This document shows, in pieces, positions 1 to 12,300 of a DNA stretch of 64,000 nucleotides. Numbering within the stretch: position 1 is the stretch's first letter; every line of letters begins with the position of its first letter. Made by a program: the position numbers and the translations under genes. This stretch comes from Pachysolen tannophilus NRRL Y-2460 (taxonomy: Eukaryota): positions 574,954 through 638,953 of the forward strand of contig KV454014.1 of NCBI GenBank assembly GCA_001661245.1, given 5' to 3'. The notes under the pieces are model-generated. The model saw only the letters and a list, made by a program, of their open reading frames with translations, searched no databases and was not told the DNA's origin.

Positions 1-1340
1 TGAATTCAAAAGTTGCAGTTTATATGGCTGATTTTGAAGACTCTTTAACTCCCTCATGGGCCAATCTTATTGATGGACAATTCAACTTGTATGATGCAGT
101 AAGAAGAGAAATCAATTTAAAAACTTCAAGGAAAAATTACGAGTTGAATTTAACTCCTGGAAGACATATTCCTACTTTGATCGTTAGACCTAGAGGTTGG
201 CATTTAAATGAAAGTCATGTTATTGTTGATGGTGAACCAATCTCTGGTTCAATGTTTGATTTTGGATTATATTTCTATCATAATGCTAAAGAAGCTTTGG
301 CTCAAGGTTTTGGTCCTTATTTTTATTTACCAAAGATGGAACACCATTTAGAAGCCAAATTATGGAACGATATTTTTGAATTTTCTCAAGATTATATTGG
401 TATTCCAAGAGGTACAATTAGAGCTACAGTTTTGATTGAAACTATACCAGCTGTTTTCCAAATGGATGAAATCATTTATCAATTAAGAAATCATATTGCT
501 GGTTTAAATTGTGGTAGATGGGATTATTTGTTTAGTTATATAAAATGTTTAAGATCTAATCCAAACTTCATACTACCGGATAGAGCCCAGGTAAATATGA
601 CTGTTCCATTTATGGCTAATTACGTTAAATTGTTGATTAAAACATGTCATCTGAGAAAAGTGCATGCAATGGGTGGTATGGCTGCATTAATCCCAATTAA
701 AAATGATCCAGTTGCCAATGAAAAACTGATGAACAGTGTCAAGAGTGATAAACTAAGAGAGGTTGTTGCTGGCCATGATGGTACATGGATTGCTCACCCT
801 GCATTGGCTGATATTGCATTGGATATTTTCAATAAGCATATGCCTGGTCCTAACCAGATTAACGTTTTTAGACCAGAATATGAAAATTTATCAATCAGTA
901 ACTTTGATTTATTAACACCTTATATCCCAGGTTTTAAGATCACAGAAGGAGGTATTAGGATAAATATTAGAGTTGGATTGATTTACTTGGGTAATTGGAT
1001 TGGTGGTTTAGGATGTTCCCCAATCAATTATTTAATGGAAGATGCAGCAACAGCAGAAGTTTCTAGAGCACAATTGAATCAATGGGTCAAACATAATGCC
1101 AAAACTGAAGACGGGAAAGTTATTGATAAAAATTATGTTTCCCAATTGTTTAAAGAAGAATCGAACAAGTTATTAAATGAAATATCAGATTATCAAGTAA
1201 AGAAAGATTATAAGAAAGCAATTGAATTTTATAAACCTGACGTCTTGAACGAAAACTTTGACGAATTCCTTACTTTCAAGTTATACGACGAAGTCACAAG
1301 AAGAGACGTTTCAAGATCTGTTAGTGCCCAAAAATTATAA
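1..1340 (+). CDS. MLS1: Malate synthase (5'-truncated by window edge)
   Basis: Frame is open from position 3 ([14 protein letters not shown]). Motifs [34 protein letters not shown]-terminal QKL is PTS1-like. Confidence 0.96.
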   Translation, partial: NSKVAVYMADFEDSLTPSWANLIDGQFNLYDAVRREINLKTSRKNYELNLTPGRHIPTLIVRPRGWHLNESHVIVDGEPISGSMFDFGLYFYHNAKEALAQGFGPYFYLPKMEHHLEAKLWNDIFEFSQDYIGIPRGTIRATVLIETIPAVFQMDEIIYQLRNHIAGLNCGRWDYLFSYIKCLRSNPNFILPDRAQVNMTVPFMANYVKLLIKTCHLRKVHAMGGMAALIPIKNDPVANEKLMNSVKSDKLREVVAGHDGTWIAHPALADIALDIFNKHMPGPNQINVFRPEYENLSISNFDLLTPYIPGFKITEGGIRINIRVGLIYLGNWIGGLGCSPINYLMEDAATAEVSRAQLNQWVKHNAKTEDGKVIDKNYVSQLFKEESNKLLNEISDYQVKKDYKKAIEFYKPDVLNENFDEFLTFKLYDEVTRRDVSRSVSAQKL

Positions 1341-1991
1341 TTAACTTGGAGGTCTTGATTAAATTGGTTTATTTCTGTTTTTTCTTTTTTCTTTTTTCTT
1401 TTTTTTTTTTTTTAAAACCGGGTCGCCGGGATTCTATCAGCAGTTAGTTAGTTACATTCAATTTTATTCAATCTATATTTTCTCAAAACGAGCTACATGA
1501 TACAAGCTATAATAGTACTTTATAATTCTATCTTGAAAACTCATTATACTTCAAAATTATTCCCTTCTCTTTGTTTTCTTGTCCTTTCTGGAAAAACAAT
1601 GTCCTCTACAACGTATATTATCGTTAAACTAATATAACACTGTGAACATAATAGTATGAGCACAAGTATAATCAAAATAGTAGTGTATTTGTAGTGTAAT
1701 TGCTCCTAATCGGGATCAGAACGATAAGTGAAGATAAACTGAGAAATGTATAACTAAAAAAGCTATATATATATATATTATATATATATATATAAATACA
1801 TAAATACATAAATATATATAAACATTTTATTTTCATTATTCTTTATTTCAAGGTTATTATAAATTTTCAAGAAGTTAATCTTTAGCTTTAGTTTTTTTCC
1901 TTTTTTGTTATTTTTTGGGGAAGAGTTTTGTTTAAAAAAGATTGTTGAGTTATTTAAAGACAATCTTTAAAAAGGTATCAGAAATCAAAAA

Positions 1992-2756
1992 ATGTCTATA
2001 CCAATTTCTATCAACCAAAAATACCCTTTATCATCATGTTCCGGTAATGCGGCAACTTCCAAGATACCTAGTAGTAATAGTAACATTGATGTCAACGTGA
2101 ATCATGGTAATAGTTCAGGTGCTGCTGGTTTTTGTTCACCTTCTCAGGTTCCAAAACAATCAAGTTTTTCTAAATCCCATATAATTAATCCAAAGCAGTC
2201 GAATCCAAAGCGTCGTGCTTCATCATTTACTTCTTCTTCATCTCCATGGGCTAGAAGAAAATCTTTTCTTTCACAATCGATGATTTCAAATGATAAATCA
2301 TCAATTTATGAACTTTCATCATCATCAATGTATTACTTTAATTCAAGTTCCTCACCTTCATCTTTTGGATCATCGTATTCTTCATCCCAATCACCTTGTG
2401 AGTCATCTTCAACAAATCCTTTGTCTATGACTAACTCAACACATCAACAAAGAATCCCAAGTTTTTCGATGTGCTTAAGGGAAAGTCAAGGTTTTATATT
2501 CAATCAAGATCTATTTGCATCTCAGTATCAGCAATCAAGAGCTATAATGCAAGATGATAACCAAGGAATTATCTTGAAAGATTTAAGAAATACCAATAAC
2601 AATAGTAATAGTTACGGCAGTATTTTTGGTAATAGTGCTCGTCGTCTAGCTACAGACCATGGTGAAGGTGATGAAGAGGACTACGGGATTGAAGTGACAG
2701 AAGTTGTGGTTGATGATGATGATGAAGTTTACGGGATATTTGGAGAATTAGCATAA
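1992..2756 (+). CDS. Ser-rich uncharacterised protein (254 aa)
   Basis: ATG in an A-rich context, long ORF. Low complexity except the block FSMCLRESQGFIFNQDLFASQYQQ and an acidic tail. Confidence 0.75.
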   Translation: MSIPISINQKYPLSSCSGNAATSKIPSSNSNIDVNVNHGNSSGAAGFCSPSQVPKQSSFSKSHIINPKQSNPKRRASSFTSSSSPWARRKSFLSQSMISNDKSSIYELSSSSMYYFNSSSSPSSFGSSYSSSQSPCESSSTNPLSMTNSTHQQRIPSFSMCLRESQGFIFNQDLFASQYQQSRAIMQDDNQGIILKDLRNTNNNSNSYGSIFGNSARRLATDHGEGDEEDYGIEVTEVVVDDDDEVYGIFGELA

Positions 2757-3296
2757 CATTATGGATAAGGTTTTTTTTTTGTTGTTTTTGTTGTTTTATT
2801 TTTATTTTTTTTTTACTTTGTTTTTTGAATTTTCAGTTTCTGGTTTCTCTAATGTTGCAATCCCTTCCTTTTTGTTGAATCTAATTGCGAAGGTGAAATT
2901 TTGAAATTTTGGAACTTACTTAATTTTTTTTTTTTTTTTTTCATGGCCTTTTTTGTGTTTTAGAGTAGTTGAATTTACAATTTTAATTTTTTTTTAACCT
3001 TGACTGCTTTAGTCATTAAACTCCTCAAACACAAACTTTCTTTTTCTTCTAATCTAGATCCTATCTGGATTACTCCGTTACTTGTCTAGTCCATCCTTTG
3101 ACTCCATCTTCCGGTTGAAAAGTTGTTTAATTTTAAGTCGTGTCTGCAATATCAAAACCGGGGTTTTGTTTTTTTTTTTTTATTTTTTTTTTTTTTTTTG
3201 GGCTTTTCTTTGAAAATTTTTTATCAATATAACGATAACGACGGTGATAAACTCACACTTTGATTAATATATTTCCAAGATATTAGTTATTAGAAA

Positions 3297-4667
3297 ATGT
3301 TAGATATTTCTCAGTTCATTGAAGAGAAGGGTGGTAATCCGGAACTTATCCGTACCTCTCAGAAAGCTCGTGGGGATTCAGTTGAGTTGGTTGATGAAAT
3401 CATTAATGAGTATAAAGAATGGACAAAAATTAGGTTTGAATTGGATGCTTTGAATAAAGAACAAAATAAGGTTCAAAAAGAAATTGGTTTAAGATTTAAG
3501 GCCAAAGAAGATGCTTCTGATCTTGTTCTGAAAAAGGAAGAGATTGCTAGAGAAAAGCTGGAATTGATTCAAAAAGAACAAGAAGCTGATCTGCAGGTCA
3601 AACTGAAAGTTAATCAAATTGGTAACATTGTTCATCCATCAGTTGTTGTATCAAATGATGAGGCTAATAATGAGTTGGTAAGAACTTGGGTACCAGAAGG
3701 TTTTGAATTTTCTAAAATTACAAATATTGCTACTGGAACAGGTAAAACTGCTAAGTTTTCTCATCATGAGGTATTATTGAAATTAGATGGTTATGATCCT
3801 GAACGTGGTGTTAAAATTGTTGGTCATAGAGGTTATTTTTTAAGAAACTATGGTGTTTTCTTAAATCAGGCGTTGATCAATTATGGGTTAAATTTTTTAG
3901 CAAAACATGATTATGTTCCACTTCAAGCTCCAGTTATGATGAATAAGGATGTAATGGCAAAGACTGCACAATTATCACAATTTGATGAAGAATTATATAA
4001 AGTTATTGATGGTGAAGATGAAAAATATTTGATTGCCACTTCTGAACAACCAATTTCAGCATTCCACTCTGGTGAATGGTTTGAAAAACCTCAAGAACAA
4101 TTACCAGTAAGATATGCAGGTTATTCTTCATGTTTTAGAAGAGAAGCTGGTTCTCATGGTAAAGATGCTTGGGGTATATTCAGGGTCCATGCATTTGAAA
4201 AAATTGAACAATTTTGTTTAACAGAACCAGATAAATCATGGCTGGAATTCGACAGAATGATTGGTATCTCTGAAGAATTTTATAAATCATTAGGTTTACC
4301 TTATAGAGTTGTTGGAATTGTAAGTGGAGAGTTGAATAATGCTGCTGCAAAGAAATATGATTTAGAGGCATGGTTCCCATTCCAACAAGAATTTAAAGAA
4401 TTGGTTTCATGTTCGAATTGTACTGATTATCAATCAAGAAACTTGGAAATTAGATGTGGTATTAAAACTGCTAATCAAAGAGAAAAGAAATATGTTCACT
4501 GTTTAAATTCTACATTATGTGCTACTGAAAGAGCTTTATGTTGTATCTTGGAAAACTATCAAACTGAAGATGGATTAGTAATCCCAGAAGTCTTGAGGAA
4601 ATATATCCCTGGTGAACCTGAATTTATTCCATTTGTTAAAGAGGTTCAGAAAAAAGCTAAAAAATAA
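3297..4667 (+). CDS. SES1: Cytosolic seryl-tRNA synthetase
   Basis: MLDI start; class II aaRS motifs LIATSEQP, FRREAGSHG, ELVSCSNCTDYQ, HCLNSTL. Confidence 0.98.
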   Translation: MLDISQFIEEKGGNPELIRTSQKARGDSVELVDEIINEYKEWTKIRFELDALNKEQNKVQKEIGLRFKAKEDASDLVLKKEEIAREKLELIQKEQEADLQVKLKVNQIGNIVHPSVVVSNDEANNELVRTWVPEGFEFSKITNIATGTGKTAKFSHHEVLLKLDGYDPERGVKIVGHRGYFLRNYGVFLNQALINYGLNFLAKHDYVPLQAPVMMNKDVMAKTAQLSQFDEELYKVIDGEDEKYLIATSEQPISAFHSGEWFEKPQEQLPVRYAGYSSCFRREAGSHGKDAWGIFRVHAFEKIEQFCLTEPDKSWLEFDRMIGISEEFYKSLGLPYRVVGIVSGELNNAAAKKYDLEAWFPFQQEFKELVSCSNCTDYQSRNLEIRCGIKTANQREKKYVHCLNSTLCATERALCCILENYQTEDGLVIPEVLRKYIPGEPEFIPFVKEVQKKAKK

Positions 4668-4953
4668 ACTATTTATATATAGAACTTTGAAATTTATTTA
4701 AATTTCCCTATATTCTTATTAGCTGGTTTCGAATTCTTCATTTTTTGACCTCATTTATACTTTATATTTTTAATTTTAAATATATAAATATATTTATACA
4801 TTAATTCTTGTATTATTTTATGTTTTTTTTTTTTTTTTCTATTTTTCTAGTATTGTTAAGTAACTACCAAAAATATTTGCATATAGTCACATTTATATAT
4901 ATACATATGTATATATATATATATATATTTGCCTTAAAAATACATGAGACCAA

Positions 4954-5670
4954 ATGGGCGATAAAGAAAGTAATAGATTGGTGGCAAATAATATAATTGG
5001 CTCAAGTGGTAATAGTGGTGCTGGTTCATTAAACTATTCAAATGATAAATCGAATATAGAAGGAGATATTTCAAATGAGTTTAAATTTGCCTCAAGGTTA
5101 AAGTTACCAATATCTACAAAGAATAGCAATGATGACACTATGTCACCTTCATTAGGCAACGATTCAGGATTATTCAAAACTTCATCAATACCAATCAATG
5201 TGATTATACAAGATACCTCGGTGGTGGCTGACATTTTGGAAAAAAATAATATTGATCATGTATTAGAGCCACCGATTAGCATTTTACCTGACGAAATCGA
5301 ATATATCTTTGAAGATGATAAAATTACTAATGATGAGATAACAATGAATTCTACAGAGGATGATAAAATCATTATAATAGAAGTGGACAATACTTTATCC
5401 AAGATTGAAAATATTGTAAATTCTTCAACAAACTGGAAATTGTACGATTTAACATCAGAAGAATTTAAAATTGGCAAGAATATGGAAAAAGAAACTATTT
5501 GTAACGTGCTTTTAAAAGGTACAAATAATGAATTGGTCTCTTCTGATCCTAAGAGAAATGATTTAGTTTCAAAGAATGATTTAGACTATATAAATCATTT
5601 GGTAGAATTATTCAATCAAAGAAATGAGCAATTGCTAAACGTTAATAAGTTTGAGAATGCATTTAAGTAA
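4954..5670 (+). CDS. ATG31: Atg31-like autophagy protein (Atg17-Atg29-Atg31 complex)
   Basis: LPDEIEYIFEDD, IIIIEVD and LVELFNQRNEQL resemble recalled Atg31 blocks (FPTNIKYIFED, VIIVQLD, LIKLYVTQNEQL). Adjacent to SES1, as in S. cerevisiae. Confidence 0.65.
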   Translation: MGDKESNRLVANNIIGSSGNSGAGSLNYSNDKSNIEGDISNEFKFASRLKLPISTKNSNDDTMSPSLGNDSGLFKTSSIPINVIIQDTSVVADILEKNNIDHVLEPPISILPDEIEYIFEDDKITNDEITMNSTEDDKIIIIEVDNTLSKIENIVNSSTNWKLYDLTSEEFKIGKNMEKETICNVLLKGTNNELVSSDPKRNDLVSKNDLDYINHLVELFNQRNEQLLNVNKFENAFK

Positions 5671-6186
5671 CTAAATGAGCCACTTTCTTTTTTTTTTTTT
5701 TTTTTGGTTTTCGAATTTCTTTTTGAATAGCTTCAATTGATACAGCTATGAACCCAGTTTATCCATCGTTCCTTGTTCATTATCATTACCATATTTTGGT
5801 AGTGCATGGATACCCAGGCCAGAGTCAGCTGAAACTCTTTTTCTGACTCCTTGATTTTTACTCTGATTTGACCCTATTTTATTTTATCATCTTTTCAGCA
5901 ACGTGAATTGATTGAGTTAGTTGAACAAGTTTTAAAGCATATAGATTATATATTGGTTTAAATAATCCTGCAAGTTTTCTTGAATGTTAATCTAGAAGAA
6001 ATTAGCTGTTCAACGAATGTATATAAATATATATATATATATATAAAAGGGAGAAAAAAGAATTATTGTTAGTACTTTTTAATATATTTTTTATATTTAA
6101 AAACTTGATAGATAAGAGATAAACGGAAATTTTTTTGTTCTTTTAAATTTTTTTTTTTTTTTTGGAATTGGAATTGGATTTGAACG

Positions 6187-7383
6187 ATGTTTAGACAGCA
6201 GATTAGAAGGTATTCAACAAAGAATGAGAATTTACTAAAGACACCATTATACGATATCCATTTAAAACATGGTGCTACTATGGTTCCATATGCAGGTTTT
6301 GCGATGCCAGTACTATACAAGAATCAGTCGCATGTGGAGTCACATAATTGGACCAGAACCAAATGTGGATTATTTGATGTTTCTCATATGTTGCAACACG
6401 AGTTGAAAGGTCCTGGATCAACGGATTTTCTTCATAAGATCACGCCTACTGATTTATTAGGAATTGAAAAAATGACTGGTACATTAAGTGTCTTATTAAA
6501 TGAACAAGGTGGAGTAATTGATGATTGTATTATAACTAAACATGGGGATGATAAATTTTATTTAGTAACAAATGCTGGTTGTAGAGAAAAGGATATTAAA
6601 TTTATCAAGTCTGAACTTTCTAAAAATTCAGTAGGAGAAATTAATCACAAGACTTTTGAAGGTACTTTATTAGCATTACAAGGACCATTAGCTAATCAAA
6701 TTTTACAAAAATTCACCAATTTTAATCTTAGAGAGTTATATTTTGGACATTCTCTGTTTTTAAATTTACCAAGTTTTACAAATGATAAAACTGTTCATGT
6801 TGCAAGGTCTGGATACACTGGTGAAGATGGTTTTGAAATTTCCATAACAGATAACAAATTAGCGGTTGACTTTACTAATGCATTATTGGAACTACAAGAT
6901 TTTGTTAAACCCATTGGTCTTGCTGCCAGAGACTCCTTAAGACTAGAAGCTGGAATGTGTCTTTATGGTCATGAATTAAATGAAAATGTCACTCCTATTG
7001 AGTCTTCATTAAATTGGTTAATTTCCAAGACAAGAAGAGATCCTAACCAAAGGATAAAATTCAATGGTTTCCCAAAAATTATACGCCAACTAGAATCACC
7101 AAAGACAGAAGTGAATTTTAAAAGAGTTGGTCTCACTTCCAAAGGTCCATCACCAAGAGATGGTAATAAGATCTTTAATTTCGATTCCCCACAAGAAGAA
7201 ATCGGAACCGTTTGCTCGGGATCCCCAAGTCCTACATTGGGCGGTAACGTTGCTCAGGCATTTATCAACAAGCCATACAACAAAATTGGTACCAAAGTCT
7301 TGATCGAAATAAGAAATAAGAAAAGAGAAGCTATCGTGACAAAGATGCCGTTTGTTGAAACACATCTATACAGGCCAAACTAA
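6187..7383 (+). CDS. GCV1: Glycine cleavage T protein (aminomethyltransferase), mitochondrial
   Basis: Presequence MFRQQIRRYS; motifs KTPLY, GLFDVSHM, RSGYTGEDGFEI, GLAARDSLRLEAG. Confidence 0.97.
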   Translation: MFRQQIRRYSTKNENLLKTPLYDIHLKHGATMVPYAGFAMPVLYKNQSHVESHNWTRTKCGLFDVSHMLQHELKGPGSTDFLHKITPTDLLGIEKMTGTLSVLLNEQGGVIDDCIITKHGDDKFYLVTNAGCREKDIKFIKSELSKNSVGEINHKTFEGTLLALQGPLANQILQKFTNFNLRELYFGHSLFLNLPSFTNDKTVHVARSGYTGEDGFEISITDNKLAVDFTNALLELQDFVKPIGLAARDSLRLEAGMCLYGHELNENVTPIESSLNWLISKTRRDPNQRIKFNGFPKIIRQLESPKTEVNFKRVGLTSKGPSPRDGNKIFNFDSPQEEIGTVCSGSPSPTLGGNVAQAFINKPYNKIGTKVLIEIRNKKREAIVTKMPFVETHLYRPN

Positions 7384-7717
7384 GTACATATAGTTTTTTT
7401 GTATTTAATAATACACAGTAGTGTAAAATCCTATATAATTTCCAAAAATTCCCAATGAGGAAATTACCTTTTTTTCTTTTAATGTGTACCATGAAAGTCG
7501 TGTAGTATTTCATTAATAATACCTAAAGTTCGGCAATTCCACTAAAGTCGTGTCTAAAATCATCAAACGAAAACTTTTGAAGCGGAAGTGTTACGTAACC
7601 GAGTTTCCTCTCAAACCAATGAAGATTCGTGATTCCCGAAGGTTAAAAAAAAACCAAAACCAAAGAAAAATGAGAAAATTTATGGTAAAAAAATTGAAGG
7701 AAAAAAAAAGAGCATAC

Positions 7718-7749
<32 letters not shown>

Positions 7750-7818
7750 TTCATTAGATATTAATACGTTAATAGTATTGAATATTTAGCATTTACCACA
7801 ATTCATCTTTTTTAAGTA

Positions 7819-8910
7819 ATGTTTCGTTTAGGTTCTAATGTTGCTCGCACCGCTGGTGTTCAGGCAGTTAATTGTTCAAGGTATGTTTAAAATTTTTTTC
7901 CTTGTTTTAAATTTTAACCGCCGTTAAAAATTTGATTGAAAAATTGGTGGTTATTTTGAATTGTTTCAATTGTTCAGTAACAATTTTGTAATCATCACCA
8001 ATCAATTGAGTCAGTTTGATTGAAATGTGGATTAATTAATTGGAAGAAAAAATTTACTAACCATGTTTTTTTTTTTGTATTTAGAAACTATGCCACTTTA
8101 CGTGAAATTGAAACCCGTTTAAAATCAATTAAGAACATTGAAAAAATCACCAATACCATGAAGGTTGTTGCTTCCACCAAGATGGGTAAGGCTCAAAGAG
8201 CATTGGCCACTTCAAGAATCTATCAACAAGCTGATGAAGATTTTTATAAAGCTGCTGAAATTAAAGATTCTGAAACTCTGGAAAAAATTTTATTAATTGC
8301 TATTTCATCTGATAAAGGTTTATGTGGTTCAATTCATTCACAAATTGCTAAAGCTGCAAAGGCAAAATTGAACGCAATTCCAGCAAATGCTAAAGTTGAC
8401 ATTGTAACAATTGGTGATAAAATTAAAACTCAATTATTAAGAACTCATAAAAATAACCTTGTTTTATCCTTTAATGGTATCGGTAAAGAAGCTCCAACTT
8501 TTTTGGATGCTGCTTTAGTTTCAGATGAAATTGCTAAATTGGGTGATTACGATAAAGTTGAAGTTTTATACAACAAATTCGTTTCAGGTGTTTCATTTGA
8601 TCCATCAACTTCCCCTGTTTTCAAAGAAGAAGCAATTAAAGCTGCTGAAAAACTTTCATTGTTTGAACTTGAAGAAGACCAAAATGTTCCTGCAACAGTA
8701 TCCGAATTCTCATTAGCAAACACAATCTACTCTGCTTTATCCGAAGGTTTTGCTTCAGAAATTTCATCAAGAAGAAACGCTATGGATAACGCATCAAAGA
8801 ATGCAGGTGATATGATCAGTAAATATTCTATCTTGTATAACCGTACCAGACAAGCTGTTATCACCAACGAATTGGTTGATATCATTACTGGTGCTTCATC
8901 ATTGGACTAA
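7819..8910 (+). CDS. ATP3: ATP synthase F1 gamma subunit; exons 7819-7880 and 8085-8910
   Basis: Exon 1 encodes presequence MFRLGSNVARTAGVQAVNCSR, spliced in frame to NYATLREIETRLKS; ends RQAVITNELVDIITGASSL. Confidence 0.97.
7881..8084 (+). other. Spliceosomal intron of ATP3 (204 nt)
   Basis: GTATGT donor, TACTAAC at 8055-8061, TAG acceptor; splicing restores the frame. Confidence 0.95.
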
Positions 8911-9230
8911 ACAACAAATTAAAAGCAATCATAAATAAAATATTCTTAATTTTTACAACTTTACTTAACGTTTGATGGTTTCCCTGTTTTCTTTTTTTCT
9001 TTTTTTTTTTTCTTTTTTCTTTTCCTTTCCTCCCATTCTCTGTTTTTTTTTTTCTTTTTATTATTATTTTTTTGTTATACATTAGAGACTTCATAAAGTA
9101 AAATGAACCAGAGAAATAAATAATCACATGTCATGATAGTTTTATCGTTATTGCCTTTGAAGGTTCTTCCTATTTCCCAACTTTGAACGGTTTTTAAAGT
9201 AAAATTCTGTAGTTTAGTCGTGCAAGTTTT

Positions 9231-9271
9231 CACGCGAAAGCTCATTAACGAAAATTAAGTATAAAACGCGT
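9231..9271 (+). promoter_or_regulatory. MCB/SCB-like G1/S elements upstream of SMC3
   Basis: CACGCGAAA at 9231-9239 and ACGCGT at 9266-9271. Cohesin genes are classic MBF targets. Confidence 0.6.
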
Positions 9272-9374
9272 AATTTTGATTTAAAACAAATAGTAATTGA
9301 TATTATATAATTCAAGAGAAGTAAAGAGGTATCTTGTTCTTTTCTATATTTTCCTCTTCTTTCTGGGAAAAGAA

Positions 9375-12300
9375 ATGTATATTAAGAAGGTGAGTAGTGA
9401 ACGCTGTTGGAGTGGTTTTTTTTTTTTTATTTTATTTTCTTTTTTTTTGGTTGCGATCTGTAATCATCTTATAGATCTCATGAATCCATGAATCAGTGAT
9501 GAAAATTTACTAACATTTCTTTTTTTGCTTTATTTCAGATTGTTATTCAAGGTTTTAAAACCTATAAGAACACAACCATCATTGATTCGTTTTCTCCTCA
9601 TTATAATGTTGTTGTTGGTAGAAATGGATCGGGAAAATCAAATTTTTTTGCTGCTATAAGGTTTGTCTTATCTGACGCCTATACTCACATGACTAGAGAA
9701 GAGAGACAAAGTCTTATACATGAAGGATCTGGTACAGTTATGTCAGCATTTGTTGAAATTGTATTTGATAATCAAGATAGGAGGTTTCCAATTGATAAAG
9801 ATGAAGTTATAATAAGAAGAACAATTGGTTTGAAAAAAGATGATTATTCATTGGATCATAAATCAGCAACGCGGTCAGATATTATGAATTTATTGGAAAG
9901 TGCTGGTTTTTCAAAATCAAATCCATATTATATTGTTCCCCAAGGAAGAATTACTACTTTAACAAATGCTAAGGATCATGAAAGGTTACTGTTGTTAAAA
10001 GAAGTTGCAGGAGCTAAGATTTTTGAAGTTAAATTAAAAGAATCATTGAAAGAAATGGATAATTCAAGTAAAAGGAGAGAAAAAATTGATGAAATGTTAT
10101 CATTTATTGAAAATAGATTAGAAGATTTAAATTTAGAAAAAAATGATTTAAAAAATTTTGAAAAATTGAAGAATTCAAAAAAAATTTTGGAATTTAATTT
10201 ATTTGATAAAGAATTAACAACATTAAATGATTCAATTGAAGAAATTAATATGAATTATAACAATTTTGTTGAATCTACAAATAATTATATTCAAGATTTG
10301 ACTAAAAGAGAATCTGTTATCAAAAAATTCGATGAATCCATAGTGGTTTTAAATTCAAACAAGAAATTGATTGAAATTGATAAACAGCAAATTGATTTGT
10401 ATGTAAATGATTTATTGTCTAAGATTTCAAGTACAAAATTAAAATTAGCAGAATTACTGTCTTCTGGGCATCTGGATCAATTAAAGATAAATAAGGAAAA
10501 TTTAGCCAATTTGAATCAAATTATTATTGATAAAGAACTGGAATTGATGTCACTTGATCCTACTGTTGATGAGTTTCATTCAAGGGAGAATGAATTAAAC
10601 AAGGTCTTATTAGAACTAAAATCAAGACAAAGACTTTTACTCGCTAAACAAGGTCGTTATGATAAATTTAAATCTAAAAAGGAAAGAGATAATTGGTTAA
10701 AAAGTGAAATCTCAAAATTACAAAACTCCATTACTTCCAAAAATGAAGATCTCGATTCCTTAAAATCAAATCACCAATCGTTAGAACTACAGATAGCACA
10801 GGTGGTCCAAGAAACCGAATCCTTGAATGGTAATTTAACCCAAAAGATAACAGATACGAATATAACTTCAAAAGAATTGTATAGTTTGAAAGAGACATAT
10901 AACACCTTAATTGATGAAAGGAAATCATTATGGAGAGAAGATTCAAGATTGCGTTCAATTTTATCAAATTATCAAAACGAATTAGATCGCTCAAGACAAC
11001 AAGTAAATGATACCATGGATAGAGCAATGTCTCATGGTTTAGAAGCAGTTAGACGTATTACTGAAAACCTAAAATTGGATGGTGTTTATGGTCCTTTAGG
11101 TGAGTTAATTGAAGTCAGTGAAAAATATAAAACAGCAGTAGAAGTTGTTGGAGGAAATTCTTTGTTCCATATAGTTGTTGACAATGATCAGACTGCGACA
11201 ATAATAATGGATGAATTAATTAGAGAAAAGGCTGGTAGGGTCACTTTCATGCCGTTGAACAGGATTAAATCGAAACCTGTATCATACCCAGAAGGTGGTG
11301 TTGCCGTTCCCTTGATCAAGAAGATTGGGTTTGAACCATTTTTGGAGCCGATCGTTAGACAGGTATTTGGAAAAACTGTCGTTGTTTACAATTTAGAAAA
11401 AGGTGCTGAAATTTCCAAGAATTATAAATTAAATGCTATTACTTTGGATGGTGATAGATGTGATAGAAAGGGTGTTCTTACGGGTGGTTTTAGAGAGTTT
11501 GAGAGATCGCGTTTAGACACTTTGAGACACTACAAAAAATGGAAGAAAGAATTTGATGAAATTGATGAGAAATTGCTCGAATTAGAACAGAAACTTAACA
11601 GAAAAGATCAAGAAATCAATCTGGTCAATGAGCAAGTAACATTAAAGAGAAAGGCATTTGATGAAAATATTAACCTGAGAGAGTCGTTGAAGACAAAAAT
11701 CCTAGAGTTACAGAATAAAGAACAAAGATTAAAAGAAGAATTGATCAATGATAATACCTTAATTCATTCTTTAGAGGAGTCGCTAATTTTATTAACCAAT
11801 GAATTAAAAGAGCATAATTCAGAACTTTCGCAACCGTTTAAGAATTCAGTAACTACGGAGGAGTTGAACGAAATGTCTGAATTAAACTCTCACATTTCTA
11901 GTGTCGAAAATGAATTGACAGCAGTTACTGATAAACTAAATGAAATTGAATTAGAATCATCGAAGATTACTTCTGAGCTAAATGATAATCTCAGACCTAG
12001 GAAAGAAGAGTTGTTAAAGAAATTAAGCACCAATGATACCGAAAATGATAACGAAGAAAAAGAAAAGCTGCAAAACTTACTTAATTCTTTGAATAAGGAG
12101 CTAGAAGAATTAAACTCCAAGAGTGAAGAACTCAGCAATAGTTTCAATGAAATATGTAACGAGCTAGCTAAAAATGAAGAGAATTTGAATAAGGCCAATG
12201 ACTCACAGCGCCTGATTTTGAAGAAATTAGATAATCTTACTAAAAATTCTGAGAAGAGTTTGAATAAAAAAGCATCCTTATCAGCGAGAAGGGACGAAGT

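Noticed and set aside
8020..8084. ORF-track N-termini of ATP3, RPS24 (39426) and CDC12 (41581)
   Set aside because: They read through introns; the true first exons are identified separately.
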